NCBI GenBank assembly: GCA_036172245.1
Contig: JAYWIR010000040.1
Location: 434,001-498,000 of the forward strand
Source: Raillietiella orientalis
Lineage: Eukaryota
Length of the DNA: 64,000 nucleotides
Direction: 5' to 3'
Of the stretch, positions 58,672 through 64,000 are shown piece by piece. Each line of letters starts with the position of its first letter. The stretch's first letter is position 1. A program made the translations under genes and the position numbers. The notes beneath the pieces are model-generated. The model did not search any database and was not told the DNA's origin. It saw nothing but the letters and a program-made list of their open reading frames with translations.

Positions 58672-61142
58672 TTTCGTTTCCTTCCTCCCGCTGCTTCTCA
58701 CCTCCTCAGAGGAAATCTGGGAAGCACGAAGCAGCTCACTGCTTGGTCGGCTTGTTCCAGAAAGGTCGTAGGACTCCTTCGCTCAGAGAGGCCTCCTGTC
58801 CGTTGCCTCCTAGACCCTCCCGGTTTTTAGCAGACGAGAGGAAAGAATCCATAGAAGGAGCACGGGAAGATGTCTCCGTGGTGCTCGGGAGAACGGGCGG
58901 AGGCTGCTGGCATCATATCCAGGTGCCGCGACACCTTCGTTGTCCCCTGGAGCGAGGTTCCTATCTGAAAATATCGACGTGAGCCACTCACCAGGAAGGA
59001 TTTCAGGGGAAGGAATAGGATGCGAGCTGAGGAGGGAGAAGGTTCAGACGTCCTTCGATTCTCCCCGTCCTGCAGGGGAATCTTTCAAGGGAGAGCGAAT
59101 GTGGGAAGGTTGGAACCACCGCGCCGTCCGAAGGACACGAGGAAGATAGGGCGGGAGGGAGGTCGGGAATTCCTGGCCCTGAGATGCGTCCTCGGGAGGG
59201 GCGCTTCACCTGGGTCTCCAAAGAGAGGAAGAGAGGCTTCTGATTGGAGAGAAGGGCAGAGGTGGTCGCAAAGCAACCGAAGCTGAGAAGAAAAGGGAGG
59301 AAGAGGAATGAAGGAAGAAGGGAAGCGAAGAGTCTGCTGGAGGGAGTGCCGGCACCACCATTATTGGGGAAAGTGCCTTGGCGTGAAACGCTGCTGCTAG
59401 GAAGCTCCCGGTCCAGCCTCCAGCATCGCTCCAGTTCGCAGTCTCGTCCCCTTCCGATCTCCGCTGATAACCCGGACTCTTCTTTTCTTCGCTGCTGGCG
59501 GTCGCCAAACCCGGAAGATGGGAGAAGGAGGCTGCGCTAACTGTGGAGCGGCGGACAAAAGGCGCAGTTTCTGTTCCTCTTGGAGGGTGGAGGGTGACCG
59601 TAGTCATAGTTGCCTCTCTCTGCTAGAATGCGGAAGAAGAGAAGGACACTCTCCGGCTCTCCGAGAGCACGAGATCTCCGGGAAACAGAGTCCGCCCGTT
59701 CCTCCTCCGCCGTCCAGGGAACGCCGAAGGTAAGCAGCTCGCACCATCAGGACAACCCCGGCATGCGCGACCTCCCACGCTTCCAGGAATCTTCCCTGCG
59801 TCCCTCTGCTCCTTCCTTCCTGCCCCTCTTTCTGTGCCGCACCTCAACACTCGCCCTGAGGGGAAAAGGAAGCTCTCCGAAGGCGGACCCCACGGAGTTC
59901 TCCTGAGGCTGCTCACCACTGTCTCTCCTCGGAGACAGACTCCTCCTATATACTCTTTCCTCCCTATGCAGCTCCTCTTCCTTCCCGGTGCCTTATGCCC
60001 CTGCTATGAGTGTGCCCGTGCCACCTTCCGTGGAAGAAGGAGGGAGTGAACAGCACCGCTGCTGGGATAAAGGGCGCAGGGGTCGTCTTCGTCGTACCCT
60101 GGGGCAGGATGGCCGCGGCAGCAGATAAAGTGAGCAAAGGCCAGGTTTCAGAGAGATGGTACCAATAAGTCCTCGTCGCCGTGCACATCCCTGTGGGCAT
60201 GTAGTGGAAACAAAAAAATTTCCTCATAAAAAGGAAATGACATGGAGGCGGGCAAGGGAAAATGCGATCCCTAGAGGCAGCGGGTAGGGACAGGGACGAA
60301 GCTTCTCTCTCCACGCTTTACCCCACCCACTCACCCTCGAGTAAGAGAAGGGGTGATCCTTGCTCTTTCCTCCTCTCGACGGGAAGGGCGAGCAGGTAAC
60401 GCAAGTACTTACAAAAGGATCTTTCCCTTCTCGGATCTTCCCTCAGCTTCCAAGAGGTTCCATCTCCTCTCTCGTCCTCAATACCCTCCTTTATCCGCGC
60501 CGCCCTGCTCCCTTGGTGCGCCTCCTCTTGGACAAGATGCCCTGACTTGTCTCCCATCTTCCCGGAAGCTGGAAGACAACTGGGCTTTTCTCTTGCCGAA
60601 GAGGCAGGGCATATTTTACCTACAGAGACGCGGAAAGATGGGGATAGGGGGAACAAGACCGGCTCCTCCCTGAGATCCATCCCAATCGCCACCCAATCGT
60701 CCACTCACGGTCCTCAGGAGCACCGAAAGGGCACCTATGTCGCAGCGGAGCTCTCCCTCTGTCCCTCCTCCCGCCCCGGAGGTCGGATGCTCCCGGAGCG
60801 TCTCTGCAGGAGAATGAGTGCAAAAAGGACTTGGAGCAAGGAAAAGAAGAGGGCAGTCATTCCTCCATCCCTTTCTTCTCTGCCTCTCTGGCTCGGTCGG
60901 AGCCCCGCCGCGAGCACCAGCTGCCTCGAGCGCGTGCCCGCACCTTTCTCCTGCGCACGCGCGGAGGCGCGTGCGCAGGAGCCGCCTCTGCAAAGGAGCG
61001 GGATGGATGGATGGATGCATGGATGGGGGAGGAGGGGGGGGGAAGAGAGGGCAGGGCTCGGGAGGCGGAAGGCGAGCCTGCGGTTGCGGGAGGCGCGCAG
61101 ATGGGTGGCGCGCGTGCCGACGAGCGGAGAGGCGGTACCGTG

Positions 61143-61376
61143 ATGGCGCTCGGCGTCGTCCTGCTGTCCATCTGCGCCACGCTGCTATTGTGCTTCGGCG
61201 CGTGCGCGTTTCTGACGTGGAGGCAAAGGAGGAAGAGGAAGGGAGGAGGGGGGCGGTCGTCCGGATCCTCCGGGGAGGAAGGAACGGCACTGGCCCCGGC
61301 CTCCTCCCGGCCCGACGTTTTCGTGAAGCAGCCGGCCATCTGCCCGGACAGTGCCATCACCTTCGTCCTGCCCACG
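61143..61376 (+). CDS. First or early coding exon of a single-pass membrane protein with N-terminal TM helix, basic juxtamembrane patch and linker; possibly synaptotagmin-15-like
   Basis: MALGVVLLSICATLLLCFGACAFLTW (TM) then RQRRKRK then ...KQPAICPDSAITFVLPT, ending at a strong |gtaagc donor (61377). Codon usage is GC3-rich. An in-frame ATG also lies upstream at 61101. The family guess rests on topology and an FVLP/FVVP-like linker motif; no C2 domain is visible in the window. Confidence 0.6.
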
Positions 61377-63900
61377 GTAAGCCGCGCGCGCCCCTGGGGT
61401 CCGTCTCCCGCCCCTTCTCTCTGTTTAGGCATGCCTTTGTCGGCAGGTCAATCGCGACCCGTCTCCCCTTCCCCCCCTACTCTCCGATACCGGGAGGGCC
61501 CGCCGGGCAGACTCGGCACGGCTTTCCCCGTCTCTCGATCATTGTTCGCGAGGGTAGAGTCCGTGGAAATCCCCGTAGGGAGTGGAGTAGGGTAGCATTC
61601 CTTCCCCGGAGGAGGGGAAACTGCGGACAGCCATGCAGAGTGGCTCTTTCGTGAGCCGACCTGGCAGGAGAGGGCTGCTCCGACTCGCCTCCTCCCCACG
61701 TAAGTGATTTGGGGTGCCGGGTCCCTCTTATGTGAGAGCACCGTGCCAGGCAGTGTCCTCGAGGGGACTTCTGGAAAACACCGATATCCCTCGAATGACG
61801 GCAGGAAGGGACAAAAAAGGGGGAGGGACTCCAGTTGGGTGGCGGTGCCACGTCCCCTCCGTGAGAGGGCGGCGCCGAAAGTTTCCGGGCGCGTAGTCCG
61901 CGGGTCAGCGGGAGGTCGAGTGCCGCGTTGCTTACGGGATGCCAGTGGAGTTCCCATCGAGCGCGTCAGTCGCGGTGATGCGACCTCGGAGGGCAACAGG
62001 GGAAGGCGGGGAGCGTTTCCGCGTAGAGCAGCCCTCGAGTGACGACGGTCCTTTCGCTTGTCCAGCTCGTGCCCGTCGAAAACTCCGCACCGGTTCGGGC
62101 CGTGAGCGCCTGAGTTCTGCAGAGGAAGGTGGCCCTCTTGCGCCACTCCGGGACCGCCGTGCCAAGCAGGCTGACGGGGTGCCCAGCCAGTGCCCAACGG
62201 GGCGCATCGAGGAGGGCGTGCTTTCCGGGGACGACATGAGGAGGGGAGTGGGGGCGGAAGAGCCCGAAGGCGGGTGCCAGACATGAGGAGGTCGGGCAAG
62301 CCGGAAAAGGCGACACATGTCCTTGGCCGCGCGGCTTTTCTTCGGGGCTTTTCTCTTCGTGCCCCTGTGCATCCGTTCCTTCGCCCCATGCTCCCTTCCT
62401 GTGACCCCAGCAGCATCCGCCACAAAACTGGGAGCAGAGAGCTCGCCTGCTGCGTCCGCCAGTTCCTTTGGAATGGGTCTCCACCACGCGTTTCCTGGGC
62501 TACACCCAGTAGCTGGCGAGTGGAGTAGGTCCGGAACGTGCCTGGCTGCAATCGCACGGCACGCCTCGGACTCAGTTAAGTTCAACGGGAGTCTCCACGG
62601 GAAAGGGGGAGGAGGAGGAGGTCGTCCCTGTTTCCCCTTAGTTGACCTCCTGGTTTTCCGCCCTTCCTGCTCGGCATACCCGTGAGTCCGCTGCGCTCTC
62701 CCGGAGAGCAGTAGGCGGGACGAACGCTTGCGCAGGCGACTAGCTGCGTCCTCCACTCAGAGCCGCGCCCTCAAGGCAGGACCGGTTCGGAGGTGCGGTG
62801 GGAGACGGAGGGACACAAGGATTTTCAGAAGCAGAGTGATAGCAGAGTAGGATTGGTGGCCGAGGGTCAAAAGGGCTCGTTCGGTACCTCCGCCGCCAAG
62901 GGCGCCGGTGCGGGGGAAGAGACAGTCTAGGGGATCCGGAAGGTTCCCAGTTGCGTGGGAGAGATGGTGGGAACGTCGGCAGACGGGGGAGAAGGAGGGT
63001 GCTCTCGTGACCCGGAAGGCTAAGGTGGTGGGAATGTCTCTGACGCAAGGGTGCGGCGATCACACCGTTTCCCAGGAAACCTCCCTCCTCCCCCCTCGTC
63101 CTCCCATTTCCTTGTTCTCGCCGAACCCCACTATCTTGGGGGGCCTGGAGGCCGCACCCACCAGAGCCTGTCGTGGTCGGCTACGCCTGAGTGTTCCTCG
63201 CGCCTTCGCCTCTTGCCGGAGGGAAGGAAAGGGGAGGCGGTTGGGGGAGAGAGGACGGTTGGAGATGCGGCTGGCACGTGCGCGCGAGGCACAGAGGGAA
63301 TTCGCCCTCGGGACGTCCAAGGTGCCCGGAGGTGGGTGGCTGCCACTTGCTCCTGCCTTGACTTCGCTCGCCTCTCCGGCTCTGTCCCTACGTGCCGCCC
63401 TTGGGCACTGGCGCGCAGCGTCGAGCCGTTTTGCTAGCGGGTAACAACGAGGAGGGCGGGGCAGTTGGTGCTCAGGGGGGAGACGGAAGGCGTTTTTTTT
63501 TTTTTCGAGGGGCCTCGTCCGATTCTCTTGACGGACTGTCGTTAGCGGGCACGCGTGTTTCCCTCCTCCCCCCCCCCAGCTAAGGTAGGCTGCCACGGGC
63601 TCTGACCTCAGCCGTCGCCTCGGAGCTCGGGAAGAAAGGGCTGAAGCTACCAACGGTCCCCATCACTTCCTCTCCCCCTCCGGTCCCTCTCCGAGGGTTT
63701 GGATCTGGCGCTACGCTTTCCCCCTCCCATGCTGCCAGGTTGCGCGCATCCGCTGCCCGGGAAACGAAACTGGCGGCGACCACCTACTCGCTCTGACCTT
63801 CGCCTCCTCCTTCCTCACTCCTTCCTCCCCGGACGTTCCCCCGAAAGGGGAGAGGACAGCTGCCCGGAGCGTCCTGTTTCTCCCCTCACCCTTGTTCCAG

Positions 63901-64000
63901 GTGAGCGTCGGCGACTCCGTCAACACCGAGGACGAGGCCAACTCGGAGGCCGACACTAGCAGCGTGTCGAGCGCTACGAAAGGCAGCAGCGTACGCATCG
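63901..64000 (+). CDS. Next exon of the same membrane-protein gene (VSVGDSVNTEDEANSEADTSSVSSATKGSSVRI..), truncated by the window edge
   Basis: Polypyrimidine tract plus ttccag| acceptor at 63899-63900. Phase 0 matches the donor at 61377 and the frame is open to the edge. Confidence 0.55.
   Translation, partial: MSVGDSVNTEDEANSEADTSSVSSATKGSSVRI

Noticed and set aside
61448..62756. 369 aa and 274 aa minus-strand ORFs
   Set aside because: Arg/Pro/Gly-rich products of very GC-rich intronic DNA with no domain signal.
1..64000. The several hundred 60-370 aa ORFs in the supplied track, read as prokaryote-style genes or an operon
   Set aside because: They overlap in all frames, run through homopolymers and microsatellites, and lack recognisable domains. 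The real coding signal is confined to spliced exons.

Overview
Eukaryotic (animal, probably arthropod-type) genomic DNA with GT-AG introns, many 49-70 nt minimal introns, and abundant homopolymers and microsatellites. Most of the six-frame ORFs are spurious. Splicing by hand gives three genes. (1) A + strand Atrophin/RERE (Grunge-like) co-repressor gene of 18 phase-consistent coding exons from 3628 to 45027, about 1257 codons in the window. It encodes BAH, ELM2, SANT, a GATA-type zinc finger, an acidic tract and the Atrophin-1 C-terminal region, has two ~14 kb 5' introns, and its true N-terminus is unresolved. (2) A complete - strand DJ-1/PARK7 gene (5 coding exons, 46618..45078, 185 aa), whose stop codon lies only 50 nt from the Atrophin stop. 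The two transcripts very probably overlap tail-to-tail, and canonical poly(A) hexamers for each gene fall inside introns of the other. RERE and PARK7 are also convergent near-neighbours at human 1p36.23, which suggests ancient microsynteny. (3) The 5' part of a + strand single-pass membrane protein gene (61143..>64000), possibly synaptotagmin-15-like. Other signals are a sharp CpG-depleted, AT-rich island over DJ-1 and the Atrophin 3' end, a ~110 nt near-perfect hairpin at 58562-58671, three stop-free 3n micro-introns in Atrophin, and several heavily decayed transposon fragments. No prokaryotic system, CRISPR array, rRNA or intact tRNA was found.
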